Virus record (IMG/VR): IMGVR_UViG_3300046804_003859
Span: 216-64,215 of that record
DNA length: 64,000 bases
Strand: one strand, 5' to 3'
Source: a virus
Lineage: Duplodnaviria; Caudoviricetes
A program made the position numbers and the translations under genes. How positions within the stretch are numbered: the first letter of the stretch is position 1; each line of letters opens with the position of its first letter. The notes beneath the pieces were generated by a model, which searched no databases, was not told the DNA's origin, and saw only the letters and a program-made list of their open reading frames with translations. Below are positions 48,487 through 58,849 of this stretch, piece after piece.

Positions 48487-48926
48487 TGAATTTATTAGTA
48501 CCTGAAGTGCTTGATCTAGTAGAAAAAGCAAAGAATAAAGCAGATAAAGTACAAGTACTTAAACAAAATGAGACGCCTGGTGTTAGAGGTATTTTACGTT
48601 TAAACTTCGACACTAACGTTAAATTTGATCTACCAGAAGGCGAGCCGCCTTTCAGAAAAGACAAAGATAGACCTATTGGATATCAACCAGCTAATCTTAT
48701 TACAGAGGTTAAGCGGTTCTATATCTGGGTTGACCCTAAACAAAATATCTCTAGACTACGTAAAGAGCAGCTTTTTGTTGAAATGTGTGAAGGTCTACAC
48801 TATACTGAAGCTGAAGTTCTTTGCTTGGCTAAAGATAGAAAACTTAAAGAACGTTATAAAGGTCTTAATGAAGACCTGGTACGTGAAGCATTTCCTGGTC
48901 TTATCCCCCCTAAACCCGAAGCTTAA
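48486..48926 (+). CDS. conserved T4-like protein (DUF6433-like)
   Basis: LPEGEPPF, RKEQLFVEMCEGLH..EAEVL..KD. Confidence 0.75.
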   Translation: MNLLVPEVLDLVEKAKNKADKVQVLKQNETPGVRGILRLNFDTNVKFDLPEGEPPFRKDKDRPIGYQPANLITEVKRFYIWVDPKQNISRLRKEQLFVEMCEGLHYTEAEVLCLAKDRKLKERYKGLNEDLVREAFPGLIPPKPEA

Positions 48927-48941
48927 TTATTGAGGTATATT

Positions 48942-49217
48942 ATGAGTCTTCCTTCCGATCCTAAGTCGCGTAAGGCAATAAAAGATTGCTTGCTTGAAAT
49001 TTCTAATTCTCTTTCACGTGTAGAAGGTGAGCGAGATTATATTAAAGAAGCTATTAACAATATTTGCGAAGAGTATGAATTAAATAAACGCACTTTTCGT
49101 AAACTAGCTAAGACTTTTCATAAGCAAAACTTCTCCAAGGAAGTTAGTGAGCATAAAGAATATGAAGAGATGTATCAGCAACTAACCAATGAGACTGTTC
49201 TTGATGGAACTGTATAA
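48942..49217 (+). CDS. dsbA: dsDNA-binding protein DsbA (T4-type)
   Basis: EISNSLSRVEGERDYIKE..FRKLAKTFHKQNF. Confidence 0.8.
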   Translation: MSLPSDPKSRKAIKDCLLEISNSLSRVEGERDYIKEAINNICEEYELNKRTFRKLAKTFHKQNFSKEVSEHKEYEEMYQQLTNETVLDGTV

Positions 49218-49422
49218 TTTAGAATATAGAATACTAGATAGACTAGGACGAACTAAGAAAACGCTTTGGGGTGGTTTATTTGCTACACAAGAAGCTTTAG
49301 TAGATAAACAGAACGAGGTGTTAAGTAAATATAAAAAAGTAGCGTTTGATGTTTTTATTATTGAAGAAGACCCGGTAATTAAAGCGATGCATGAACGCCA
49401 CCATTTACCAGTTCCCAACTAA
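49189..49422 (+). CDS. hypothetical protein
   Basis: ORF packing. Confidence 0.5.
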   Translation: MRLFLMELYNLEYRILDRLGRTKKTLWGGLFATQEALVDKQNEVLSKYKKVAFDVFIIEEDPVIKAMHERHHLPVPN

Positions 49423-49651
49423 AGAAGTAATAGAAGAAAAACCTTTAGAGCTACCTCTATTTTTCGATCACGAAATAGAGGTACTTCTTATTTGTGTTAA
49501 TACGTTTAGTGAAGAAAAATACGACTGGGAAACTATTAATACAGTAGATCCTACTTTAGCTATTGGTTGTTTAAACATAGCTAAGACATCTTGGTATTTT
49601 TCGGATGACTTTATTGACATTATTGAAGATATGCTTAACAACGTTAAATAA
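49391..49651 (+). CDS. hypothetical protein
   Basis: IYQFP N-terminal motif; ORF packing. Confidence 0.55.
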   Translation: MNATIYQFPTKEVIEEKPLELPLFFDHEIEVLLICVNTFSEEKYDWETINTVDPTLAIGCLNIAKTSWYFSDDFIDIIEDMLNNVK

Positions 49652-50184
49652 TGAATATATTTTTTCTTAGTAGAGACACTAAGCTATGTGCACAACAGCA
49701 TGTAGATAAGCATGTAGTAAAAATGATTCTTGAGTATGGTCAACTTATGTCTACCGCACACCGAGTCTTAGATGGTGAACCTTACTATGGAAAAACTATT
49801 AACAATAGAAATATTCAAAGATGGTATTTGAATGATTATAGAGAAGAAATTATCTGGAAAGCTTCTCATATTAAACATCCGTCTGGTCTTTGGGTAAGAT
49901 CTTCTTCCACTCATTACTTCTGGTTGTACTATCTTTGGTTAGATTTACTATCTGAATACACTCATAGATACGGTAAAGTTCATTCTTCGATTAGAATGAA
50001 GGAAGTATTTGGTACTCTACCTAATAATATACCTCGTCTTAAATGGCTTTCAGATCCTCCACCTGCTATGCCAGATGAATTTAAAGCTGCTGATTCTATT
50101 CAAAGTTACCGCAACTACTATATTGGTTCCAAAAAGAGTTTTGCATCATGGAAGAATAGATCAGCGCCAGTTTGGTTTACATAA
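49651..50184 (+). CDS. pyrimidine-dimer DNA glycosylase-like protein
   Basis: MNIFFL, DKHVVKMILEYGQLMSTAH, HPS, PAMPD..YRNYY. Confidence 0.8.
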   Translation: MNIFFLSRDTKLCAQQHVDKHVVKMILEYGQLMSTAHRVLDGEPYYGKTINNRNIQRWYLNDYREEIIWKASHIKHPSGLWVRSSSTHYFWLYYLWLDLLSEYTHRYGKVHSSIRMKEVFGTLPNNIPRLKWLSDPPPAMPDEFKAADSIQSYRNYYIGSKKSFASWKNRSAPVWFT

Positions 50185-50192
50185 ATAATAAC

Positions 50193-50441
50193 ATGCCTAC
50201 ATATACTTTTCGCAATACAGAAACTGATGAGGTTTTTGACAAATTAATGTCATGGAAAGATCGTGAACAATACCTAGCTGATAATCCTCAGCTAGAGCCA
50301 ATTATAGGTGGAGCACCAGCAATGGGAGACTCTGTCCGTCTAGGAATCCGTCGCACCGATGATGGTTTTAAGGAGGTACTATCAAAAATAAGCGCTGCAA
50401 ATTATAAAAGTAATCTCTCAGACAAACTATCGAGAAGATGA
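50193..50441 (+). CDS. FmdB-like regulatory protein (T4-like)
   Basis: MPTYTFRN..DDGFKEVLSKI. Confidence 0.7.
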   Translation: MPTYTFRNTETDEVFDKLMSWKDREQYLADNPQLEPIIGGAPAMGDSVRLGIRRTDDGFKEVLSKISAANYKSNLSDKLSRR

Positions 50442-50466
50442 TTATTAATTTTCTTGGTATACAAGC

Positions 50467-50500
50467 AGGAGGACCTTAGATTATCTACGGTCCTTTTTTT
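50467..50500 (+). terminator. terminator-like hairpin upstream of phoH
   Basis: AGGACC-tTAGAttaTCTAc-GGTCCT plus T-run. Confidence 0.55.
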
Positions 50501-50519
50501 ATTTTTCAAAGGGGCATTC

Positions 50520-51254
50520 ATGGCAAGAAAGCAAGCACAACAAGAATATCAACCTCAAATCACCCTTGCTAGTAATAAACTAAAAATAAGAATCGACGAC
50601 TTAAAAACAATTTCCCCCTTAACAGATAATCAAAGAAAGTTTTTCGAATTATACAGTACGTCACAAGCCATGTTGTTACATGGTCTCGCAGGAACAGGTA
50701 AATCGTATATTGCACTATATAAAGCTTTAGAAGAAGTATTAAATAAATCTACTACTTACGAAAAAGTTGTAGTAGTTAGATCAGCAGTTCCTTCTAGAGA
50801 AATAGGATTCTTACCTGGAGATGAAAGAGAAAAAACAGAAGTATACCAGCTTCCTTACATAGAAATTTGTGAGGATTTATTTAACAGAACTGATGCTTTC
50901 CAGCGCTTACAGGAGCAAAAATCTATTAATTTTATGGTAACATCGTTTGTTCGTGGTATTACATTAGATAATTCGGTGATAATTGTAGACGAATGCCAGA
51001 ACATGACGGATATGGAGCTAAATAGTATTATTACCCGAGTCGGGGATAGGTCTAAAATTATCTTTTGTGGTGATTTTAGACAAACCGATCTATATAAGAA
51101 AACTGATATTTCGGGGCTTAAGAAGTTTATGATTATTGCTGATATGATGCCTTCATTCAAAGTGATTGAATTCGAGGTTGAGGATATTGTGAGATCTGAT
51201 TTAGTTAAAGAGTATATCCTTGCAAGATTAAGATACGAAGAACAATATGCATAA
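50520..51254 (+). CDS. phoH: PhoH-like ATPase
   Basis: GLAGTGKS, IGFLPG, SFVRGITL, VDECQN, GDFRQTDL, DIVRS. Confidence 0.93.
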   Translation: MARKQAQQEYQPQITLASNKLKIRIDDLKTISPLTDNQRKFFELYSTSQAMLLHGLAGTGKSYIALYKALEEVLNKSTTYEKVVVVRSAVPSREIGFLPGDEREKTEVYQLPYIEICEDLFNRTDAFQRLQEQKSINFMVTSFVRGITLDNSVIIVDECQNMTDMELNSIITRVGDRSKIIFCGDFRQTDLYKKTDISGLKKFMIIADMMPSFKVIEFEVEDIVRSDLVKEYILARLRYEEQYA

Positions 51255-51263
51255 AGGATAAAA

Positions 51264-51902
51264 ATGAGTTTTAAATTCGACTTTACTTTAGACAAATTAC
51301 AAAAATTAATACCTAAAGCTAAGGGCGGTGTTCCAAGTTGGTATGATGGTTTATGTGATGCACTGCCGCAGTATGAAATTGATACTGTAAACAGAGTAGC
51401 GGCTTTTATTGCACAGTGTGCTCATGAATCTGGTGGTTTTACTAAACTAGAAGAAGGCTTAAACTATAGTGCAAAAGGTTTAACAGGTACTTGGCCTAAA
51501 CGTTTTCCTCCTGATATAGCAGCTCAGTACGAAAGAAAGCCTGAGAAAATTGCTAATAAGGCTTATGAAAGCAGAATGGGTAATGGTCCAGAAGCTTCGG
51601 GCGATGGATGGAAGTATCGTGGAAGAGGTATTCTTCAATTAACCGGTAAAGATAATTACAGAGCTTGCTCGCAATTTCTTTTCCAAGACGATACAATCTT
51701 AAACGATCCAGATCTATTATTAGATCCCTATTACGCTACACATTCTGCTTGCTGGTTCTGGTGGAAGAATAAATTAAATCCTTTTGCAGACTCAGGTGAT
51801 ATTTTAACTTTAACTAAAAAAATTAATGGTGGAACTTTAGGTCTTGATGATCGTATCAAGCACTATAAGCACGCTATTGAAGTACTTTCAGGACACCATT
51901 GA
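51264..51902 (+). CDS. glycoside hydrolase family 19 endolysin
   Basis: AAFIAQCAHESGGF..EGLNYS, YRGRGILQLTGKDNY, INGGTLGLDDR. Confidence 0.92.
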   Translation: MSFKFDFTLDKLQKLIPKAKGGVPSWYDGLCDALPQYEIDTVNRVAAFIAQCAHESGGFTKLEEGLNYSAKGLTGTWPKRFPPDIAAQYERKPEKIANKAYESRMGNGPEASGDGWKYRGRGILQLTGKDNYRACSQFLFQDDTILNDPDLLLDPYYATHSACWFWWKNKLNPFADSGDILTLTKKINGGTLGLDDRIKHYKHAIEVLSGHH

Positions 51903-51906
51903 CAAT

Positions 51907-52587
51907 ATGTTTCGTCATGTATATAGTGAACGCACATTACCAAAGCTTGAACAGGTAAACGAAAACGGTACACGTTTTTATCTAACACCGGAGGGTAACA
52001 AATACCCTTCGGTTACTACCGTGTTGTCTGAATATTCTAGAAAAGGTATTCAGGAATGGCGTAACAGAGTAGGTAATGAAGAAGCTAATCGTATCTCTTC
52101 TAAAGCATCTACACGCGGTACTAAGTTACATAAAGCCTGCGAAGATTTTTTAAACAACAAAGAACCTATCTTTAAGACACCTTTAGAAAAAGAGTTGTTT
52201 CAAAAGATTAAACCTGTATTGTTTAATATCAATAACATTCACGCTCAAGAGTTACGAATGTATTCGCATCATTTGAGAATGGCTGGTACTGTAGATTGTA
52301 TTGCTGAATACGAAGGTAAACTCGCTGTTATAGATTTTAAAACGTCTTCTAAATTAAAAGAAGCTAGTTACATTGAGAATTACTTTATGCAGTGTTCAGC
52401 ATACGCTATCATGTATGAAGAACGTTTCGGTATTCCTATAAATAAAACTATAGTAATTATTGCTGTAGAGGAACACGCACCTCAGATTTTCTTTGAAACA
52501 AGAGATAACCACGTAAAACGGTTACTAGAGTACAGAGATATTTACGAAAGTAAATATACCAAAGTTAGTGGATTATCTATTGCCTAG
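51907..52587 (+). CDS. PD-(D/E)XK exonuclease (Cas4-like)
   Basis: YPSVTTVL, RGTKLH, AGTVDCIA..VIDFKTS, QCSAYA. Confidence 0.88.
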   Translation: MFRHVYSERTLPKLEQVNENGTRFYLTPEGNKYPSVTTVLSEYSRKGIQEWRNRVGNEEANRISSKASTRGTKLHKACEDFLNNKEPIFKTPLEKELFQKIKPVLFNINNIHAQELRMYSHHLRMAGTVDCIAEYEGKLAVIDFKTSSKLKEASYIENYFMQCSAYAIMYEERFGIPINKTIVIIAVEEHAPQIFFETRDNHVKRLLEYRDIYESKYTKVSGLSIA

Positions 52588-52718
52588 ACGCTAAAATGCA
52601 TATGTCTGGGGATGAAGGGGTTGTACTAATAACACACTATTGATCTAGAAGTGGTTTAACTACGATGAGACTAAGATCCCGTTAACGGGTACGTAGGGGC
52701 GGATCCTACATAGTGTGT

Positions 52719-53030
<312 letters not shown>

Positions 53031-53042
53031 AATTTTTTACAT

Positions 53043-54071
53043 ATGGATATAGCAATTATTGGTGGTGGTTGGGTTGGTTGTCATCTAGCTTATCAGCTTA
53101 AAGACGAACATAATGTAACTATCTACGAGAAAAATTCTAATTTATTTTCTGAGACATCTTACAATAATCAAAATCGATTACATGTAGGTTATCATTATGC
53201 CCGTAATCAAAAGACTAGAAAGTTATGTGAAGATACTTTTGATAGGTTTATTAATGATTATGGTTTGTTTGTAAAGGATGTTCCTAGAAATTACTACTGT
53301 GTACCCTACAGTGATTCAGTTATTGACTTTGGCACATTTAAGAAGATATATCACGATTACAGCTTCGAAGAGACCCGTTTACCTTTTTTAAAGTCAATTG
53401 AAGGTAGTGTTCAGGTTAACGAGAAGTATATTAGTTTTAAAGACGCTCAGAATTTCTTTAATAAGCATCTCAGTCATTTAGTGGTTCAGGAAGAGATTTC
53501 TGAAAACACTATGATGTTTCTAAGCTATGAGTATGATTTAGTTCTTAATTGTACAAATAACTTCATAAGAGATATCTATTGTGATTCTGCCTTTTACGAG
53601 CTAGCCTTAACATTAGTTTATGAACAAACTCGAGACCTCCCCTTTGATGCTATTACTCTTGTAGATGGCGATTTCTTTTCTATCTACCCTTATAGCGGTA
53701 ATCTGTATAGTGTATCTGATGTGGAATTTACACCGTTAAGACAGGTATTATCTTCTGAAGAATTAAAGAACATATCTATATCTGATACAGATGTTCAGTT
53801 GACAAAAAATAATATTGAGAATAAAATATTAAAGTATTTTCCTGATTTTAATCACTTCTTTAAATACCATAGCTTTTATACATCAGTTAAATCTAAGTAT
53901 AAAAATCAGTCTGCAGATAGGTACCCGGTTATCAATGGTGAGAGTAATATCATTCATTGTTTCACGGGAAAAATTCAAGGCATCTACATTATAGAAGATT
54001 ATGTCAAAGAGTATATTGATGGGTGGGAGTGGTCTAATAGGAACCACCTTACAAGAACAGCACAAGTTTGA
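53043..54071 (+). CDS. FAD-dependent oxidoreductase
   Basis: IAIIGGGWVG, YEK, TSYNNQNRLHVGYHY, FTGKI. Confidence 0.85.
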   Translation: MDIAIIGGGWVGCHLAYQLKDEHNVTIYEKNSNLFSETSYNNQNRLHVGYHYARNQKTRKLCEDTFDRFINDYGLFVKDVPRNYYCVPYSDSVIDFGTFKKIYHDYSFEETRLPFLKSIEGSVQVNEKYISFKDAQNFFNKHLSHLVVQEEISENTMMFLSYEYDLVLNCTNNFIRDIYCDSAFYELALTLVYEQTRDLPFDAITLVDGDFFSIYPYSGNLYSVSDVEFTPLRQVLSSEELKNISISDTDVQLTKNNIENKILKYFPDFNHFFKYHSFYTSVKSKYKNQSADRYPVINGESNIIHCFTGKIQGIYIIEDYVKEYIDGWEWSNRNHLTRTAQV

Positions 54072-54768
54072 TCTAGTTTTTTCTTCCAAAGACGCTCATA
54101 AAATTGATAAGTTAGACCTTAATGGTTATGATATCTGGTTATCCTGTCTTCCAGCTACTAAATGGAAGGTAAATGAAGACATAGAAGAAGATATCTACAA
54201 CATGCAGTATATTATTAAGCTATTACACAAGTTTAAGTTTAATAATATAATTCTTTTTTCTACTATCGATGTTTATGTAGATTCACCTCTAGAGTCAAAT
54301 GAATGGTATGCGCCAAATATTTCAGAGTTTAACTACGGTACTAATCGCCGTCTATTTGAGATAATGGTCTCACAGCTATTGAGTTATAACAATCTTAAAA
54401 TTTTTAGACTACCTGCTTTGTTTGGTAAACATATTAAGAAGAATATAATCTTCGATCTTCTCAACAATAACCAAGTAGACAAAATTAAAGCTAAGTCAAC
54501 TTATCAATGGTATGATTTAAATGATCTATATAAAGATGTTCAAGATCGTTTATTACTCTCACCTAAAGTTTTTAATTTATTTCCCGAACCAATTCCTACT
54601 AAACGTATTATAGAACTATTCCCTCAATACAAAGATATTGTAGATAATGTAGAGCAAGGGTCTATTTATGTGTTTAAAACTATTCACACAGGTACAGGCT
54701 TTCTTTATAACAAAGACGTTTCTCTCGCCAAACTAGCCAAATTTATTCATGAAGCTCGCAGTAAGTGA
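54001..54768 (+). CDS. NAD-dependent epimerase/dehydratase-like
   Basis: MGGSGLIG, STIDVY, YGTNRRLFE, RLPALFG. Confidence 0.8.
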   Translation: MSKSILMGGSGLIGTTLQEQHKFDLVFSSKDAHKIDKLDLNGYDIWLSCLPATKWKVNEDIEEDIYNMQYIIKLLHKFKFNNIILFSTIDVYVDSPLESNEWYAPNISEFNYGTNRRLFEIMVSQLLSYNNLKIFRLPALFGKHIKKNIIFDLLNNNQVDKIKAKSTYQWYDLNDLYKDVQDRLLLSPKVFNLFPEPIPTKRIIELFPQYKDIVDNVEQGSIYVFKTIHTGTGFLYNKDVSLAKLAKFIHEARSK

Positions 54769-55498
54769 TACAGGATTTGATCAGCTACAAGACGTAGCTA
54801 GTCACCTAACAAGTTCGGTTGAATATCTAGAAATAGTTCCTACTAAAATTAAACCGTTTAAAGATCTTACTATATTTGATCTATTAACGTATAGAAGTAG
54901 TTTAGTTAATATTGGTCTTGCACCTTACTCACTACTTTCTTTATTTTATACTCTAGATATTCCAGACGTTAGCCATACAGAAGATATTTACAACCATTTA
55001 GTAAAGCTAAACCATTACATGGTAGATTTAAATTGTGAGCTAATGGTTTACGGCTCTCCTACTATGCGAAAAGCTATACCGCAATGGGAAGATCATTTAG
55101 TTAATATTTTTAATAGACTAGATAAAGAGTTGAATCAAACAGGAAAGTATCTTATAATAGAACCTGTTGCTTCGAGTTATGGTGCCGAGTTCTTTACTAC
55201 AATAGATGACATAGTAAAGTTTCTTGATAAGCATCAATACTCTAACATCTATACTATGATTGATACTCATAATCTATTTTTAGAGAATCAAGACCCTGTC
55301 GAAAAGTATTTGGAATATAAAAATTATATTAAACATATTCATGTTGCTGAGATAGGTTTAGGCGAGTTAAAAAATAAACCGTTCCATAAAAAGTTTGCTA
55401 AAACGTTACAAAATTATGAGTATGTTGTTACTCATGAAATAAGAGACAGAGATAATTTCACTAAGTCATTAAAAACATTTGAGGAAATCTACGGATGA
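54749..55498 (+). CDS. sugar-phosphate isomerase/epimerase (xylose isomerase-like TIM barrel)
   Basis: VYGSP..R, IIEP, MIDTHN, HIHVAE, THE metal ligands. Confidence 0.8.
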   Translation: MKLAVSDTGFDQLQDVASHLTSSVEYLEIVPTKIKPFKDLTIFDLLTYRSSLVNIGLAPYSLLSLFYTLDIPDVSHTEDIYNHLVKLNHYMVDLNCELMVYGSPTMRKAIPQWEDHLVNIFNRLDKELNQTGKYLIIEPVASSYGAEFFTTIDDIVKFLDKHQYSNIYTMIDTHNLFLENQDPVEKYLEYKNYIKHIHVAEIGLGELKNKPFHKKFAKTLQNYEYVVTHEIRDRDNFTKSLKTFEEIYG

Positions 55499-56247
55499 AA
55501 AAGACAGTAACCCTTCATTTTTATAATGAAGAATATATGCTGCCTTGGTGGTTGAACCATCATAAGAAAGTTTTTGATCACGGTATTCTTATTGATTACC
55601 AATCAACGGATAGGTCTATTGAAGTAATTAAAGAAATCTGTCCTGATTGGACTATTGTACCATCTCGTAATAAAGATTTTGGAGTAAATGCTCTAGATGC
55701 TGAACTTATGGATATAGAAGCTACGGTAGAAGGGTGGCGAATGTCCTTATCAGTTACAGAATTTCTAGTAGGTAATTTTTCTCTAATGGATGATGTACCC
55801 AATAGCCAATTAGTTATTCCTACAGTATCTTTTATTGATTGGAACCCTACTGGTTCTATGGATCATAATACAGAGTTATGGAAACAAAACTCAAAGGTAA
55901 TATCTTATGTCACAGATCCTATTTTTAGGCATGCAAGATCAGCTCATAACTTTGCATTAAAATATCCTATTGGAGGTAGACATTTCTTACAAAAAGATAT
56001 TAATACACATGACCTATTAGTATTTCATTTTGGTAACTGTATTTCTTCGCCTGAAATGTTACAAAGACGTTTACAGATTCAGCATAGAATACCTCAAGGG
56101 GATAAACAAAATCGCTGGGGTCATAATCACTTTGGCTGGTTTGCAGAAGATAGAACCCTAACTGAAGAACGGTTAATAGAATACTACGAAGCTGAAAAGC
56201 ATAAGATTACCGAGGCATCAGAATATATAAATAAATTTGGACTATAA
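55495..56247 (+). CDS. glycosyltransferase family 2-like
   Basis: HFYNEEYMLPWWLNHH, IDYQSTDRS. Confidence 0.78.
   Translation: MKKTVTLHFYNEEYMLPWWLNHHKKVFDHGILIDYQSTDRSIEVIKEICPDWTIVPSRNKDFGVNALDAELMDIEATVEGWRMSLSVTEFLVGNFSLMDDVPNSQLVIPTVSFIDWNPTGSMDHNTELWKQNSKVISYVTDPIFRHARSAHNFALKYPIGGRHFLQKDINTHDLLVFHFGNCISSPEMLQRRLQIQHRIPQGDKQNRWGHNHFGWFAEDRTLTEERLIEYYEAEKHKITEASEYINKFGL
56226..56233 (+). promoter_or_regulatory. T4-type late promoter TATAAATA
   Basis: exact consensus about 50 nt upstream of the 56281 ORF. Confidence 0.65.
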
Positions 56248-56280
56248 GTCCATCCTACACATACACACAAGGAGAATTTA

Positions 56281-56553
56281 ATGAGTAATATGTCACCATT
56301 CGAGATCCGTCTCGAACTTCTAAAAATGGCAAAAGAGATTCTAGAACAGGATCACTTTGGCAAACGTGAACAAATATCGAGTGATTGGACCGTTAAGGTT
56401 GAAAATGCTCGACATGCAGGTGCAACACCTCCGGATCATCCGGGGTTCCCTCCCTACCCTACAGAAGCTGAAATCATTGCCAGGGCACAGACCTTGAATG
56501 GTTTTGTTTCACAAGTTCAAGATGTAAAAGTTACTAAGAAAACGTCCGCTTAG
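56281..56553 (+). CDS. conserved T4-like hypothetical protein
   Basis: PFEIRLELLKMAKE..YPTEAEIIARAQTLNGFVS; RBS AAGGAG. Confidence 0.8.
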   Translation: MSNMSPFEIRLELLKMAKEILEQDHFGKREQISSDWTVKVENARHAGATPPDHPGFPPYPTEAEIIARAQTLNGFVSQVQDVKVTKKTSA

Positions 56554-56557
56554 TACG

Positions 56558-56576
56558 AGGGGGTTCGCCCCCTTTA
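56558..56576 (+). terminator. UUCG-loop hairpin / weak terminator
   Basis: AGGGGG-TTCG-CCCCCT then TT. Confidence 0.55.
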
Positions 56577-56591
56577 ACAGGAGAATTACAC

Positions 56592-57131
56592 ATGACACGC
56601 ATCATAGCATTATCTTTAGCTGCAGTTTTATCACTATGTACCTATACAGGGGTAAGTGCTGTAACTAAACATAAAATTAAAACTATTAAAGAAACAGAGC
56701 ACGTACAAAATAAATCACCAACACTTGCTCAACGTGAAAAACAATTAGCATGTCTTGCTAAAAATATTTACTTCGAAGCTGGTTCAGAGCCATTCGAAGG
56801 CAAGGTAGCAGTAGCTCAAGTCACACTTAATCGAGCTAAATCAGGTAAATTCCCTAACGATATTTGCCAAGTAGTATATCAGAAGTCTGTTATTGATGAG
56901 AAAATGGTTTGCCAGTTTTCGTGGCATTGTGAGAATGGACCGGTAATTAAATCCAAAGAAAGATATGTAGAGTCAATGGAAGTGGCTAAGAAAGTTTTGT
57001 TAGAAGACTTTAGATTACCTTCCTTGAACCGCGCACTATACTTTCATGCAGACTACATTAAAAACCCCAAATGGGGTAAACCTGTAGTTGCTAAAATCGG
57101 TCGTCATATATTTTATGGAGATAAAACGTGA
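56592..57131 (+). CDS. cell wall hydrolase (SleB-like)
   Basis: CLAKNIYFEAGSE..VAQVTLNR, CQFSW, ALYFHA, IGRHIFY. Confidence 0.9.
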   Translation: MTRIIALSLAAVLSLCTYTGVSAVTKHKIKTIKETEHVQNKSPTLAQREKQLACLAKNIYFEAGSEPFEGKVAVAQVTLNRAKSGKFPNDICQVVYQKSVIDEKMVCQFSWHCENGPVIKSKERYVESMEVAKKVLLEDFRLPSLNRALYFHADYIKNPKWGKPVVAKIGRHIFYGDKT

Positions 57132-57442
57132 GCTGGGATGAATTAGTAGAAGCTAAAACTAAACTTCAAAACTATTTCGAAAACTTACCTAAAGCAGTAG
57201 CTGATGTATTTGCTTGGATAAGTATTGTTATATTATGTTTAAGTAATGTGCCAGGATATTTTGCACTCATGTCAGGAGTAACAGATAATACTCCACCACT
57301 CGATATTTCGTTATTGGTTTGGATTGGTCTATTGCTTTACTTCATTCGCTCAGTTATAATTAAAGATATGCTTAATGTGTTGACCATTGGTATTGGTTTT
57401 GCCATTCAAGTTATCTTACTAGGAGCAATTTTCTTTCTATGA
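57128..57442 (+). CDS. small membrane protein (3 TM)
   Basis: hydrophobic segments. Confidence 0.7.
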   Translation: MSWDELVEAKTKLQNYFENLPKAVADVFAWISIVILCLSNVPGYFALMSGVTDNTPPLDISLLVWIGLLLYFIRSVIIKDMLNVLTIGIGFAIQVILLGAIFFL

Positions 57443-57705
57443 ATGATGAAGACTTAAAAGAACTAACCGATGCATTAGTTATTACTAAACGATTTAGATC
57501 ACCCAATGAGTTTTCCATTTATATTGATGAGATGGTAAATAAATTACGTATTGGTTATATGGAAGCAGTAATAAACTATTGTAATGAAATCGATATTGAT
57601 ATCGAAAGTATTGGTCCACTAATAAATCAAAAGCTAAGAGAAAAGATTCAGATGGAAGCAGAATCTGCTAACCTAATGAAACCTCGCGGACATCTTCCTA
57701 TATGA
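57439..57705 (+). CDS. 33: late transcription coactivator gp33
   Basis: FSIYIDE..YMEAVINYC..LINQKLREKIQMEA..NL; synteny 33-59-32. Confidence 0.85.
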   Translation: MNDEDLKELTDALVITKRFRSPNEFSIYIDEMVNKLRIGYMEAVINYCNEIDIDIESIGPLINQKLREKIQMEAESANLMKPRGHLPI

Positions 57706-58316
57706 TTATGGAGCCTTTCGAGGTCTATCGATACTATTTAGCGCTTAGACTTCACTTTACTACTGATCAGTATGATGCTATTAAACAAAAAGGTAAAGTT
57801 AGAGCATCCAGACAAGCGTTTGCTAAACGTAATGATTTAATAGCTATTAGAAAGATTGCTGAAACATATTCAGATAAAGATATAGTTAATTTTTTAGTAG
57901 CTAATTTTATTACTGGTGATCGTTGGGGTGGTGTATTCGATACAGAAGCTAAAGAAAGATTCATGCTCTGGAAAAAACGTATTGAATCTTTATCTTATAC
58001 GTTTGAGAAGGAAATAAGTTATCTTCAGCTTCAGATGGAAAAGCAAAGTAAACCTTTTGATTATGTCTTCGCCCCATCTAAGAACGAACATCCCTATATA
58101 TTAAAGTCCTACCTTAGAAGGACAACCAGTATTGAAACGCTAGTAATACTAAATAATTTTTATAATTTTGTGGATAATTTCGATAAAGAATATTATAATG
58201 ATCTTATGTGGCCTGATATCTCGAGAATTATTAAAAAGTATTCACCGTTTTTAAACGTACAACAAGAAAAGTATAATGGAATACTACGACGAGCAATTGG
58301 ACTTGACGCACCATAG
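57702..58316 (+). CDS. 59: helicase loader gp59
   Basis: YRYYLALRLHFT..YD, FLVANF, SIETLVIL, IKKYSPFL. Confidence 0.9.
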   Translation: MIMEPFEVYRYYLALRLHFTTDQYDAIKQKGKVRASRQAFAKRNDLIAIRKIAETYSDKDIVNFLVANFITGDRWGGVFDTEAKERFMLWKKRIESLSYTFEKEISYLQLQMEKQSKPFDYVFAPSKNEHPYILKSYLRRTTSIETLVILNNFYNFVDNFDKEYYNDLMWPDISRIIKKYSPFLNVQQEKYNGILRRAIGLDAP

Positions 58317-58500
58317 AATTACAGAGTTGGAGAAAAACATTAGTATCTTACAAGAAGGTCTAATGACTGTATCTGAACAAATTAGAGACACACAACGTTA
58401 TCTAATAAAAGTAGCACATAATCAAGCAGAAATAGCTAAGAGAATTTCATCATGGCCGTACATTCCAGTACCAGATGTAAAGGGAGACGATAATGTCTGA
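58276..58500 (+). CDS. coiled-coil hypothetical protein
   Basis: ORF packing. Confidence 0.55.
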   Translation: MEYYDEQLDLTHHRITELEKNISILQEGLMTVSEQIRDTQRYLIKVAHNQAEIAKRISSWPYIPVPDVKGDDNV

Positions 58501-58621
58501 ATTATTAGTTTTAATTTTAGGCGTCATTATTGGATGGGTAGTTCCTTGTCCTCATAGGTTACAAATTGGTATCAATAAAGGTGTGGGCTTTTTAAGGGAC
58601 AAAATTAATTTTTTCAAATGA
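58493..58621 (+). CDS. small membrane peptide (42 aa, not in ORF track)
   Basis: RBS GGGAG; MSELLVLILGVIIGWVVP. Confidence 0.5.
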   Translation: MSELLVLILGVIIGWVVPCPHRLQIGINKGVGFLRDKINFFK

Positions 58622-58806
58622 AGAACAAACAATCTGATTGGGACCGAGAAAAGAAATTACATAAGGTAATTAAGGGGACCGATAAGACTAGCAAGCATAG
58701 AAATAGTATATATAATATGTTATCGGATAGAGAGGAAGATCTCGAAGACGATAGCGATGATAGTGAGTTATTACGTAATTATAATCATTATGTAAAACAA
58801 CGCTAA
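58618..58806 (+). CDS. hypothetical protein
   Basis: basic then acidic; ORF packing. Confidence 0.55.
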   Translation: MKNKQSDWDREKKLHKVIKGTDKTSKHRNSIYNMLSDREEDLEDDSDDSELLRNYNHYVKQR

Positions 58807-58849
58807 TACAACGCAATACACTTTTATACAACGTTATACGGAGATACAT

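Noticed and set aside
51907-52587. Cas4-like nuclease as evidence of a CRISPR system
   Set aside because: No repeat-spacer array or other cas gene was seen, and this exonuclease is common in T4-like phages.
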